Source: Pseudomonadota bacterium
GTDB taxonomy: Bacteria; Pseudomonadota; Gammaproteobacteria; Burkholderiales; Burkholderiaceae_D
Length of the DNA: 64,000 nt
Assembly: GCA_041182625.1 (NCBI GenBank)
Contig: JBEGNF010000010.1
Location: forward strand, 7,222 to 71,221
Direction: 5' to 3'
Positions 42,688 through 52,185 of the stretch are shown in pieces. Each line of letters opens with the position of its first letter. Within the stretch, counting starts at the first letter, position 1. Position numbers and translations under genes: made by a program. The notes under the pieces are model-generated. The model saw only the letters and a list, made by a program, of their open reading frames with translations, was not told the DNA's origin and did no database searches.

Positions 42688-44766
42688 ATGACTGCCAATT
42701 ACCGCGAGCAGGGTGACATTGCCGTTGTTACCCTGAACAATCCTCCTGTCAATGGTCTGGGCTATGAGACCCGCAAGGGCATTGTCGATGGCATTCAGCG
42801 CGCCATCGACAATGATGCGATCAGGGCGATCGTGCTGATCGGCGATGGCAAGGGGTTCTCCGGTGGCGCCGACATCCGCGAGTTCAACACGCCCAAGGCC
42901 TTGCAGGAGCCTTGGCTGCAAACCGTCATTCGCATTGTCGAAGACAGCAGCAAGCCTGTGATCGCCGCCATCCACGGCGTGGCCATGGGTGGCGGGCTCG
43001 AGCTGGCGCTGGGTTGTCATTACCGGGTCGCGGTCGCAGGCGCCCAAATCGCTCTGCCCGAGGTGAAGCTGGGCATCCTTCCCGGCGCGGGCGGCACGCA
43101 ACGCTTGCCGCGTATTCTAGGGTTGGAGCCGGCGCTGAACATGATCATTTCCGGTAATCCGGTAATGTCCGACAAGCTCGCGGGTACCAAGTTGTTCGAT
43201 CAGATGATCACAGGCGACCTGCTGGAAGGCGCAATGGCGTTTGCCCGTCAAGTGGCCGATGCGCGACCGCTGCCCAAGGTACGCGACATCAAGATCCAAT
43301 ATCCGAACGCGGATGGCTATCTGCAATTTGCCCGCAATACCGTACGCACGGTGGCAGGCCCTTTCCCCGCACCACTCAAATGCGTCGAGGCGGTCGCTGC
43401 GGCTGTCAGCAAGAAATTCGATGACGGCCTGAAGGTCGAGCGCGACCTGTTTCTTGAATTGGTGCAGACCACCGAATCGAAGGCGTTGCGGCATGCGTTC
43501 TTCGGCGAGCGTGCGGCATCCAAGATACCTGATGTGCCCGCGGATACGCCGTTGCGCGACATACGCTCAGCCGCGGTCATCGGTGCGGGCACGATGGGGG
43601 GTGGTATTGCGATGAACTTTGCCAACGCCGGCCTACCGGTCAAGGTACTGGAGGCCAAGCAAGAAGCGCTCGACAAAGGCTTGGCCACCATCCGCAAGAA
43701 TTACGAGAACAGTATGCGGAAGGGCAAGCTCACGCAGGAGCAACTCGACAAGCGCCTCGGGCTGATCAGCGGCACGCTGTCCTATGATGATATTGGTCAG
43801 GCAGATATTGTCATCGAGGCCGTCTTTGAAGATATGGGCGTCAAGGAAGCGGTATTCAAGAAGCTTGACGACGTCATGAAGCCCGGAGCGATACTCGCGT
43901 CGAATACATCGACGCTAGATGTCGACAAGATTGCGGCTTTTACCAAGCGTCCTCAAGAGGTCATCGGGACCCATTTCTTCAGTCCGGCCAACGTGATGAA
44001 GCTGCTCGAGATCGTCCGTGGCGCGAAGACCGCCAAGGACGTGCTGGCCACTACCATGGCGCTGGCGAAGACCATACGCAAGACAGGCGTGGTCTCTGGC
44101 GTCTGCGATGGATTCATCGGCAATCGCATGGTCGAGCAATACATTCGCCAGGCCGGTTTCCTTCTTGAAGAAGGTTGTCTGCCCGAGCAGGTCGACAAGG
44201 CTATTGAAAAATTCGGCTTTGCGATGGGCCCATTTCGGATGAGCGATTTAGCCGGGAATGACATCGGCTGGTACATACGCAAACGGCGATATGTGGAGAA
44301 GCCTGATGTCACGTATTCGAAAGTCGCCGATCTGCTGTGCGAGAAGGGTCGATTTGGCCAAAAGACCTCGGCGGGCTGGTATGACTATAAATCGGGGGAT
44401 CGCAAGGCTTATCCGTCTGATGAGGTCAATCAGATGATCATCGCTCATTCGAAGGATCTAGGCATAGAGCGCCGAAAAATCAGCGATCAAGAAATCGTAG
44501 AACGACTAGTGTATGCGCTGGTGAATGAGGGCGCACTGATACTCGAGGAGGGTATTGCTCTTCGTGCTTCCGATATCGATATGGTCTATCTGACGGGTTA
44601 TGGTTTTCCCTTATTCCGTGGCGGTCCGATGTTCTACGCAGATACAGTGGGGCTGTCCAACGTGCTCATGTCCATTCATCGTTATGCGAAAGGTCGGCAT
44701 CCGGAGGCATGGGTTCCTGCTCCGCTGCTGAGCAAACTCGCCAGCGAGAGTAAAACATTCAACTGA
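42688..44766 (+). CDS. Bifunctional enoyl-CoA hydratase / 3-hydroxyacyl-CoA dehydrogenase (FadB/FadJ-like)
   Basis: NPPVN, FSGGADIREF, GGGLEL, PEVKLG, GAGTMGGGI, SNTSTL, HFFSPA, GFIGNR. Confidence 0.93.
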   Translation: MTANYREQGDIAVVTLNNPPVNGLGYETRKGIVDGIQRAIDNDAIRAIVLIGDGKGFSGGADIREFNTPKALQEPWLQTVIRIVEDSSKPVIAAIHGVAMGGGLELALGCHYRVAVAGAQIALPEVKLGILPGAGGTQRLPRILGLEPALNMIISGNPVMSDKLAGTKLFDQMITGDLLEGAMAFARQVADARPLPKVRDIKIQYPNADGYLQFARNTVRTVAGPFPAPLKCVEAVAAAVSKKFDDGLKVERDLFLELVQTTESKALRHAFFGERAASKIPDVPADTPLRDIRSAAVIGAGTMGGGIAMNFANAGLPVKVLEAKQEALDKGLATIRKNYENSMRKGKLTQEQLDKRLGLISGTLSYDDIGQADIVIEAVFEDMGVKEAVFKKLDDVMKPGAILASNTSTLDVDKIAAFTKRPQEVIGTHFFSPANVMKLLEIVRGAKTAKDVLATTMALAKTIRKTGVVSGVCDGFIGNRMVEQYIRQAGFLLEEGCLPEQVDKAIEKFGFAMGPFRMSDLAGNDIGWYIRKRRYVEKPDVTYSKVADLLCEKGRFGQKTSAGWYDYKSGDRKAYPSDEVNQMIIAHSKDLGIERRKISDQEIVERLVYALVNEGALILEEGIALRASDIDMVYLTGYGFPLFRGGPMFYADTVGLSNVLMSIHRYAKGRHPEAWVPAPLLSKLASESKTFN

Positions 44767-44785
44767 ACATTGTTTTCATAGCCTG

Positions 44786-44819
44786 CCTGACGGAGAACTG
44801 CCGCTAAATCTCCGTCGGG
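44786..44819. other. 11-bp stem-loop just after the FadB-like gene
   Basis: CCTGACGGAGA pairs with TCTCCGTCGGG around a 12-nt loop. No T tail, so function is unclear. Confidence 0.4.
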
Positions 44820-45289
44820 AATTGTCCTGGCTTCTGTCTGTTGACAGCTGCGTGCGCCATTTGATGGCCGCGATGCAGCTCGTATCTTCCACCTCCCACC
44901 AAAGTGCGCAGTGACATCGGTCGGCGCACATCATGTGTGCGCATGATAGCCAGCGCATCGACACGAATTCCAAGCAATTTCTGCGTGGTAATGATTACAG
45001 ACAGGCATTGATTTTTTGATGAGTGATCAAAGACAACAGTACATTGTCAGAAGTACGTGTTGTAAGGCGACAAATATTTTTGTTGTTTTATCCCAACTAA
45101 ATATAAGTATTTTTTCTTTTGGAACATATTTAATTTTTTTGCGCACACACATCATTCTCATTTTTCATGTCACTTATTAAAAAACGGAATGAATAATCGT
45201 ATTCCAAAAAAGAATACTAAATTCATAATAAAACTTATTTCTAAAATCCTACAATTGATCTCCCTTCCAACCTCCCAAAGGAAAAGATC

Positions 45290-45817
45290 ATGGTAAAAAA
45301 AATCGTAATTACGCTGGGGCTTTCAATCTGTGCAGCAACACTGTCGTTTGGCGCGCATGCGCAAGTAGCCCCCAAGTTTAAGACGGCCACCGTTGAGGTC
45401 AGTGCGACAGTAGAGTCAAATTGTGAAATCAGTGCCAATTCCCTCGCCTTTGGAAAATATGATCCACTCAATACCAATGACACCACGGCGAGCACTTCAA
45501 TTACCTTAACTTGCGTAAAAAATACTCCCGTCATCGGCGTTGAACTCAGCGGTCTCGTCGCTGCAAGTGGTATTCGCCAAATGACGAATGGCTCTGGCAC
45601 GCTGGATTATCAGATCTACAAAGCAGGCGATACTGCTGGTGCGCCATGCACCGCCGGCTCTCTGACTGTCTGGGGTACAGGAAGCGATGCACTCAAGCCA
45701 GGAATCGCAAATGACGCCAGCGCTAAAAGCTATAACCTCTGCGGCATCATCGCTGCGAAGCAGGACGTGAGCGCCGGCGATTACAAAGATACGCTGACCG
45801 CAACCGTCACTTATTAA
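45290..45817 (+). CDS. Csu-type (spore coat U domain) pilus major subunit
   Basis: Signal peptide, VSATVESNC, FGKYDP, ITLTC, LDYQIY, C-terminal G.Y.DTLTATVTY. Confidence 0.88.
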   Translation: MVKKIVITLGLSICAATLSFGAHAQVAPKFKTATVEVSATVESNCEISANSLAFGKYDPLNTNDTTASTSITLTCVKNTPVIGVELSGLVAASGIRQMTNGSGTLDYQIYKAGDTAGAPCTAGSLTVWGTGSDALKPGIANDASAKSYNLCGIIAAKQDVSAGDYKDTLTATVTY

Positions 45818-46629
45818 TGATGGTATTCCCAGCCAGTTCAGCATTTTCCAGCGATGCTGGCTGGGATACGATCGCACGTGGCGCTGCAGGGTATGGGTGG
45901 AAAATACTGCTCACCTTTGCGCTACTCGCACTCGGTCAGGCCCCGCAGGTATGGGCAGGATCTTTCAGCATCAATCCTGTTCGGATCCAACTTTCACCAT
46001 CCGCCACCTCAGAAGTATTACACGTAACGAATTCAGGAAAAACCGACGTCACAGTTCAGTTGCATCCTATGCAATGGACTCAGCAGGAGGGTGAAGATCA
46101 GCTTAAAGCAACGCGCGATCTCATTGTCACACCGCAGATATTTAATCTGAAAGCAGGTTCGTCCCAGATCATACGTATTGGGCTTGCAAGAAAAAATGAT
46201 TCTGCCAGTGAAGTTAGCTACCGACTGATTATCGAGGAAATACCGTCGTCGCCAGAGCCAGGATTTCAGGGTTTGCGGCTCGCGCTGCGAATCAGTTTAC
46301 CGGTGTTCGTGAAGCCGACAGGACAAGTCGATCAGTCGCTGGAGGCACGGGTCGTGCCCAGAAGTACTCCGACATCTGAGCAAATCACTCTCGAACTGGT
46401 CAATACGGGTCGCGTTCATGTGCAATTGCACAACCTCAAAATACACACAGCAGATACCCAAGAAGAACTTCTTGCAACGCTGGAGAAAAATATCTATTTG
46501 TTAGCTGGTCAGAAAAAAAGGATAACTCTCAAAGCCAAAAACGCTATCCTTTCATCAGATGTTCTTCTGATACGAGCTGAAACATCGAACGGAAAGCTGG
46601 AATTGCATGCAAAGTCAGCCTCTCCATAA
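45817..46629 (+). CDS. Fimbrial chaperone (CsuC/PapD-like)
   Basis: INPVRI, LIVTPQIF, SYRLIIEEIP, RISLPVFV, NTGRVH. Confidence 0.88.
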   Translation: MMVFPASSAFSSDAGWDTIARGAAGYGWKILLTFALLALGQAPQVWAGSFSINPVRIQLSPSATSEVLHVTNSGKTDVTVQLHPMQWTQQEGEDQLKATRDLIVTPQIFNLKAGSSQIIRIGLARKNDSASEVSYRLIIEEIPSSPEPGFQGLRLALRISLPVFVKPTGQVDQSLEARVVPRSTPTSEQITLELVNTGRVHVQLHNLKIHTADTQEELLATLEKNIYLLAGQKKRITLKAKNAILSSDVLLIRAETSNGKLELHAKSASP

Positions 46630-48988
46630 TCCACGCAAATTCAGCTGGATAATCGAATGGGTCTACTGGTCTAGTGCAATAGTGATTTTTCTGGTCTTTA
46701 CAGCGCTTCCAGTGGTCGCTGCTGATATTGATACGAAGCACATCCCGGGGCAGATCGTCTCTCTCTCGCCTCATTTGGTTAGTGTGTCGATCAATGGGCA
46801 GACGGCAGATGCGGCCGTCGTCATGATGCGCAATGATCAGGGCGGTTGGCTGATACCTACCGACCTGTTATCAAAATTTCATATTCGTTCACCCATTCAA
46901 AGTCAATTACTGGTCGAAGACGGAATCGCCTACGCGCCACTTGCGCTGATGAAAGTTGTTTCGCTTACATTTGATGAACCTACTCAATCAATTGATATTG
47001 TTTTCGATGTATCAGTGTTTGAGAGTAATCAGCTTGTATTTCAACCCAAGTATCAATCAGGAAATTTGCAAGCGCCTGAAGGCCTGTTTGTCAATTACGA
47101 CCTTTCACTGACAAGAGGTTCCTCATTTCATTCAGAGAGTATTTTCTCCGAATTTGGCATCGCTGTGGGAAAAGGAATTGCATTACTTAATGTGGCTGGC
47201 GTTGGCAATGATGAGTCGCATCGATTCATGCGATTAGAAACAAGTTATACCCAAGACTCACCATCAGACATGACCGTGCTGCGTGTCGGAGATTCCATCA
47301 CTCGACCAGCAACGTCGCTTGGTAGACCATTGCGGTTCGGTGGCATTCAACTTGCGACAGACTTTCGTATGCGACCTGGCATGGTGACGATGCCCGTACC
47401 GACACTGAGCGGGCAGGCTGCACTGCCATCTACCGCAGAAATTTATGTAAACAACGTGCTGCAAAACAGCACCGCACTACCACCCGGACCATTCTCAATC
47501 ACGACAGCCCCTATTGTCACTGGCGATGGGGAAGTGCTGCTCAGAGTTCGAGACATTGCAGGTAGAGAAGAGCTTGTTAGCGGGCGATTCTACTCAAGCG
47601 CGGCATTACTGGCACCCGGCCTGTCGGACTACTCTGTTGAAGTCGGAAAACTCAGACGCAATTATGCGTTACCTGATGATCATTATGAAAAGGCTTTCGT
47701 ATCAGGTGCTTATCGACGGGGCATCAGTAACACATTAACTCTGGAGGTCGGATCCAGTCTGGCTGCCGGCGGTCTTGGAGAGTTACTGGGTAGCGGAGCG
47801 GTAGCATTCCCCGGCGTGGGTGTTGCCTCACTGGCAGTGGGTATGTCGCATGATCAGGATGGTAGCGGCACGAACTTCGCCGCCAGCTTTGAACGACGAA
47901 GCAGGCAAGCGTCGTTTGCGTTACGTTCCGAACGGGCGGATTCAAGTTATCGTCAGCTTGGTGTTGATCCTGTGTTCAGACTGCGCGCATTGGATACGGC
48001 ATTCGCAAGCTACCGGTTCGAGGAAATGGGTACGCTGGGGTTATCGTATACCCGGCAGCAGCGCATGCTTGGCGAGGCACTGGAAATCATCAGCGCTAGC
48101 TTCAGCACACCAGCTTCCAGACTGGGAAGCGTGATTATCAGTGTATTGCAATCACGTGGTACTGAAAACAACTATGCGATGAGCGTTTTCTGGAGTATTC
48201 CCATAGGAGGCGACATCAGTGCCAGTCTTTCTCACATATCTCATCAAAGATCCTCTGATACCACGGTGCTACAGGCGCAGAAAAATAGTCCCTATGGCGA
48301 AGGTATTGGCTGGCGGCTTCAAGCTGCCGCGAATGCAGCACAGCAAGCTGCGGTTCTTGCACAGAATGCCTACGGTGCGGTGACTGCAGAGGCTGCCAGT
48401 TTTCGGGGCGAGAGTAGTGCACGAATCGGCGTATCAGGAGCGCTAGTTCGGATGAACGAACGATGGTTTCCCACACGACGGATAGCGGGCAGCTACGGTC
48501 TCGTGCATCTGCCGGGAGTACAGAATGCCAGGGTCTATGTAGACAATCAATTCAGCACGCGTACCGATAGCGATGGTTACGCACTGCTGCCCAGACTCAG
48601 GCCTTACGTACTTAATCATGTATCGCTCGAGCAGTCTGATCTGCCGATGGATATGCGAATTGATCAGCTGATCGCACAACCGGTTCCCGGATGGCGTAGC
48701 GGTGTAGTGATCAACTTTGCCGTAAAAAAGATCCGCGCGGCTACCTTGCGTGTAGTTGACAGAAAAGGTAACGACATTCCTGCAGGCGCGTCTGTCAGAT
48801 TGCGCGGTGTAGAAACATCATTTGCTGTTGGTCGTGATGGCATTACCTATGTCGAGGGTCTGGCTACCGAAAACATAATCGAGATTATCTGGTCCGATCG
48901 GCGCTGCGAGGTCAGCATTCCTTATTTGCCATCTGAAGAAATTGTCCCGTATCTGGGCGAGTTTGTCTGTCAGGAGCAAAGCAAATGA
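46607..48988 (+). CDS. Fimbrial outer-membrane usher (CsuD-like)
   Basis: RLETSY, RFGGIQL, G.AALPST.EIYVN, LPPGPF, TDSDGYAL, C-terminal CEV..P...LGEFVC. Confidence 0.9.
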   Translation: MQSQPLHNPRKFSWIIEWVYWSSAIVIFLVFTALPVVAADIDTKHIPGQIVSLSPHLVSVSINGQTADAAVVMMRNDQGGWLIPTDLLSKFHIRSPIQSQLLVEDGIAYAPLALMKVVSLTFDEPTQSIDIVFDVSVFESNQLVFQPKYQSGNLQAPEGLFVNYDLSLTRGSSFHSESIFSEFGIAVGKGIALLNVAGVGNDESHRFMRLETSYTQDSPSDMTVLRVGDSITRPATSLGRPLRFGGIQLATDFRMRPGMVTMPVPTLSGQAALPSTAEIYVNNVLQNSTALPPGPFSITTAPIVTGDGEVLLRVRDIAGREELVSGRFYSSAALLAPGLSDYSVEVGKLRRNYALPDDHYEKAFVSGAYRRGISNTLTLEVGSSLAAGGLGELLGSGAVAFPGVGVASLAVGMSHDQDGSGTNFAASFERRSRQASFALRSERADSSYRQLGVDPVFRLRALDTAFASYRFEEMGTLGLSYTRQQRMLGEALEIISASFSTPASRLGSVIISVLQSRGTENNYAMSVFWSIPIGGDISASLSHISHQRSSDTTVLQAQKNSPYGEGIGWRLQAAANAAQQAAVLAQNAYGAVTAEAASFRGESSARIGVSGALVRMNERWFPTRRIAGSYGLVHLPGVQNARVYVDNQFSTRTDSDGYALLPRLRPYVLNHVSLEQSDLPMDMRIDQLIAQPVPGWRSGVVINFAVKKIRAATLRVVDRKGNDIPAGASVRLRGVETSFAVGRDGITYVEGLATENIIEIIWSDRRCEVSIPYLPSEEIVPYLGEFVCQEQSK

Positions 48989-49437
48989 TAAGCAAGCTTA
49001 TATTCGTCATTCTGTTAGTCAGTACCTTCAGCGCGTCACGGGCTGACTCCTGCTACCCAATTAACACTCCCAGAATGGTATTTTCTTCATACTTTCCATT
49101 GGATTCACAGCCGGAGGACATAGAGACCGTTATTGATTTTTTTTGCGCCCCGGCATTCCAAGGAAATCGTTTGCATGTCCGCGTATCAATGCAAGCAGGT
49201 TCTCAATCGTCTGGTTATCAGATCAGAAATAATGTGGGTGATTTTATACGTATCAATTTTTTTATTGATCCTGCGCGAAGTATCCCACTGACCAGTGATA
49301 TGAGTATTCCGCTGTATGCTATAAATTTTAATGCAAAGACATTCAGCGTCGTTCTGTATGGAAGAATACCTCCGAACCAAAGAACGGCCGGGGTCGGGCA
49401 CTATCGGGGATTTGTTAATCTGCAGCTCAGTTATTGA
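48985..49437 (+). CDS. Second spore coat U-domain pilin (short, single domain)
   Basis: Signal peptide, Cys pair, LYGRIPP.Q..G.Y...V.LQLSY C-terminus. Confidence 0.75.
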   Translation: MISKLIFVILLVSTFSASRADSCYPINTPRMVFSSYFPLDSQPEDIETVIDFFCAPAFQGNRLHVRVSMQAGSQSSGYQIRNNVGDFIRINFFIDPARSIPLTSDMSIPLYAINFNAKTFSVVLYGRIPPNQRTAGVGHYRGFVNLQLSY

Positions 49438-49510
49438 TATTTTCGCTTGTGAAACCGCTGAGTATAGCCCTAGCACATCTTGAGCCAGACATATTGTTCG
49501 GCACGATCAA

Positions 49511-50908
49511 TCAGGATGCCGAATGACTGCTGATGATTCTGGGATTGCCGTCATGGCCGACGGTCTGCAGACTGACCGGCCTACGCCAGATTCGGGCAAT
49601 ATAGTCGAGTACGCGCTCCGCGAGACCCACATCGAGGCCACGGCGATCACTCTGGTAATCATGCGTCAAATCCAGACGTCCATCCATGTGCATCTGACTC
49701 ACTGCGATTCTCGGGACTCCGTAGTTGAAGCGCGGCCTTAGAATGGTCTCCCGTACTGCGTGGATATCGTTTGCCACAATCCGAATTCCTCCTCCGGCAT
49801 CTGTTTCAAAGACAAATAGACCGAGTTTTTCCGCAAGATCTTCAGTCAGATAATTTCGTACAAACCCGAAATCATCTTCCTCCCTGCAGATATTGCGTGC
49901 AGCGTCAAGACCGTGTTTTTCAATCAGTGCCTCCCAGATGGAGAAACCCAAATGATAGGGATTGACCGCCAGTGACAGCTGATGATCTCCTGCAAAAGGT
50001 CGCACCACATCCGAGTGCGCTTTGATCGCCGAGAGATACAATTCGTCCGGCAAAAAATCGGCTTCGCGCAACAGCCGCGCATGCCAGTATGAAGCCCAAC
50101 CCTCGTTCATGATCTGGCAAGCGAATACGGGATAAAAGTAAAATGATTCCTCCCTGACCGCAAGGAAAATATCGCGCTCCCAACCCTCTAGCTCTGGTGC
50201 ATGATGGGCGATGAACCATAGCAGATCATACTCTGGCTGAGGCGGTAAGTGAGGCTGGGCGGTATCCTCGGCTGCGCTATTCATCAGTGCGCACTCACCC
50301 GGCAGTCGATGGAATTTTCTGGAGAACGGGTCTTGCGAGGTGACTGATCTCGCACCTGAATGTCGGAGGGTTACCTCATATCCGCTCCGGTGTAATGGCT
50401 GGTTCGTATCGATATGAGGTTCAAGTGCCAGCGCTGCATCCAGCACTGCTTCCACGCGCTGCTGGCCATGTTTTTGCAGTGCGAGTTCTATATTGCGAGC
50501 ACGTTCTGCTGCCTGCTCAAGAATTTGACCTCCCGCCATGCGCATGAAGCGAGAGAACAAGACATTATTTTTTGCAAAATCGGCATGACCAATCACGTGC
50601 GCAACGACCAGCGTATTTTCTGAGATCGAATTGTCTTGCACCAGATAGGCATGACAAGGGTCACCGGGAAACATCACCTCGAAAATCCGGGAGTGTCCCA
50701 TACCTTGACGTATCAACTGATGAATATAGCGAATTCCAAATGACCAATGGGGCATCCTGACCGGCAAACCATATACTGCAATCTCGTTCATGAAATTATT
50801 CGGTACTACCTCAAAATTGATCGGGTAGTAATCCAGCCCAAGCTTTTCAGCCAGATCTTCTATTTTGTCTACATAGCAAGCCAATTCAGAACGGGTATGC
50901 TCCATCAA
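49511..50908 (-). CDS. spoVR: SpoVR/YcgB family protein
   Basis: GLPVRMPHWSFG, HVIGHADF.KNN, MNEGWASYWH, NPYHLG. Confidence 0.93.
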   Translation of the reverse strand: MMEHTRSELACYVDKIEDLAEKLGLDYYPINFEVVPNNFMNEIAVYGLPVRMPHWSFGIRYIHQLIRQGMGHSRIFEVMFPGDPCHAYLVQDNSISENTLVVAHVIGHADFAKNNVLFSRFMRMAGGQILEQAAERARNIELALQKHGQQRVEAVLDAALALEPHIDTNQPLHRSGYEVTLRHSGARSVTSQDPFSRKFHRLPGECALMNSAAEDTAQPHLPPQPEYDLLWFIAHHAPELEGWERDIFLAVREESFYFYPVFACQIMNEGWASYWHARLLREADFLPDELYLSAIKAHSDVVRPFAGDHQLSLAVNPYHLGFSIWEALIEKHGLDAARNICREEDDFGFVRNYLTEDLAEKLGLFVFETDAGGGIRIVANDIHAVRETILRPRFNYGVPRIAVSQMHMDGRLDLTHDYQSDRRGLDVGLAERVLDYIARIWRRPVSLQTVGHDGNPRIISSHSAS

Positions 50909-52077
50909 AGCTTCTCCGTATCAGATGTTTTATGAACGAAAAATTTTCGTATGGCCTTCCATACATCCTCTGGCTGATTCAACACACAACTTCCCAGCGA
51001 AGCCCCTGATTGCTCAAGCTGATTACATATCATATGCATTTCGGTATCCGTGGCTCGAGAGCTTCCGGGAACAGTTTCTACGTAGCCAAGAAAATTTAAT
51101 AGCGATGCCAATCGAGAGAGTGCATTCGTGGCAAGACTCCGATCTTCAGTAAAATTATCTCCATCCGATGCATAAAAAAAATAAATATTGTGCTGAGAAG
51201 GATCGTATTCAGCCTCAATCATCTGCGTGGCCAACGTGAACACTGTTGATGCACCTGTACCTCCAGTACCAGTCACTTGAAAAAAATCGGGTTCAGAGAA
51301 TTCCCACGCTTGGGTGGTGTGTGCCAGAAATCGTGTCTCCACCTTACCGTATTTGCGGCGTATACCTTGGAGCACAAAGAAAAAAAAAGTCTTCGCAAGC
51401 TTACGCTCCGCATCCGTCATGCTGGCCGATACATCCAAGGCGAACAGCACGACAGCGTTGGTTACTGGACGTTTTTTTTGGACCAACTGCCGGAAGCGTA
51501 AATCTTCATTGGAGAACGGTACCGGATCCTGCTGCACAGCGCGCCGCTTGACAGCTTGTTTCACCGTACGACGTCTATCCAGCCGGGCGCGCGCGCCGTG
51601 CCTGTCCCAGCCTTCTCGAACGAATTCGTCTTGCTGCAAGACCGGACGCGGTTTCATTTGCAAGTCTGGAAGATTCAGCTCACCCCATAGCCAGTCGCAG
51701 ATATCATCTACCTTTAATTCGAGCAGCATGCGGACTTCACCCTCGCTGTTGTCGCCATGAGAGCCATCGCTATCCTTGCCCGGATGTGCTGGTCTGAGTA
51801 GGTCGCCAGGTTGTCCTTGACCCTGTCCAATATGGGGAACATGTTCGGCATCCGTATCGGCCAGTCGGAAACGTGCATGTTCAAGCATGCGTACTGGCAC
51901 ATGTACAGTCCTGTTTTCCGAGCCAGTGATCAGGTCAGGTCCTGAGACGAGTTCTGGCAGATTCTTTTGAACGCTTTCGCGTATTTTTTGATTGTGACGC
52001 AGCCAGTCACGCGCACCGCGAGAGAATAATGCGTACCAAGGCGAACCTGAAGAAACCGTACTACGGACGCTCATCAT
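50905..52077 (-). CDS. yeaH: YeaH/YhbH (DUF444) family protein
   Basis: RGARDWLRH, DLRFR, vWA-like DVSASM, FYASDGDN. Confidence 0.9.
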   Translation of the reverse strand: MMSVRSTVSSGSPWYALFSRGARDWLRHNQKIRESVQKNLPELVSGPDLITGSENRTVHVPVRMLEHARFRLADTDAEHVPHIGQGQGQPGDLLRPAHPGKDSDGSHGDNSEGEVRMLLELKVDDICDWLWGELNLPDLQMKPRPVLQQDEFVREGWDRHGARARLDRRRTVKQAVKRRAVQQDPVPFSNEDLRFRQLVQKKRPVTNAVVLFALDVSASMTDAERKLAKTFFFFVLQGIRRKYGKVETRFLAHTTQAWEFSEPDFFQVTGTGGTGASTVFTLATQMIEAEYDPSQHNIYFFYASDGDNFTEDRSLATNALSRLASLLNFLGYVETVPGSSRATDTEMHMICNQLEQSGASLGSCVLNQPEDVWKAIRKFFVHKTSDTEKL

Positions 52078-52185
52078 GGCCTCTCATTCCGATTAGTCTG
52101 CACAAGACACGAGGTGTGGCATTCACAGCCTTTCTATACGGCTTTTGTATCCTCATATCGTCCTCTTGCTTTGTAGTGTCGTTGC

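Noticed and set aside
45121-45149. GGAACA-N16-GCACACA upstream of the Csu pilin, loosely hrp-box-like
   Set aside because: It lacks the TTACATAGC element shared by the other two copies, lies 140 nt from the start, and sits in AT-rich DNA where chance matches are likely.
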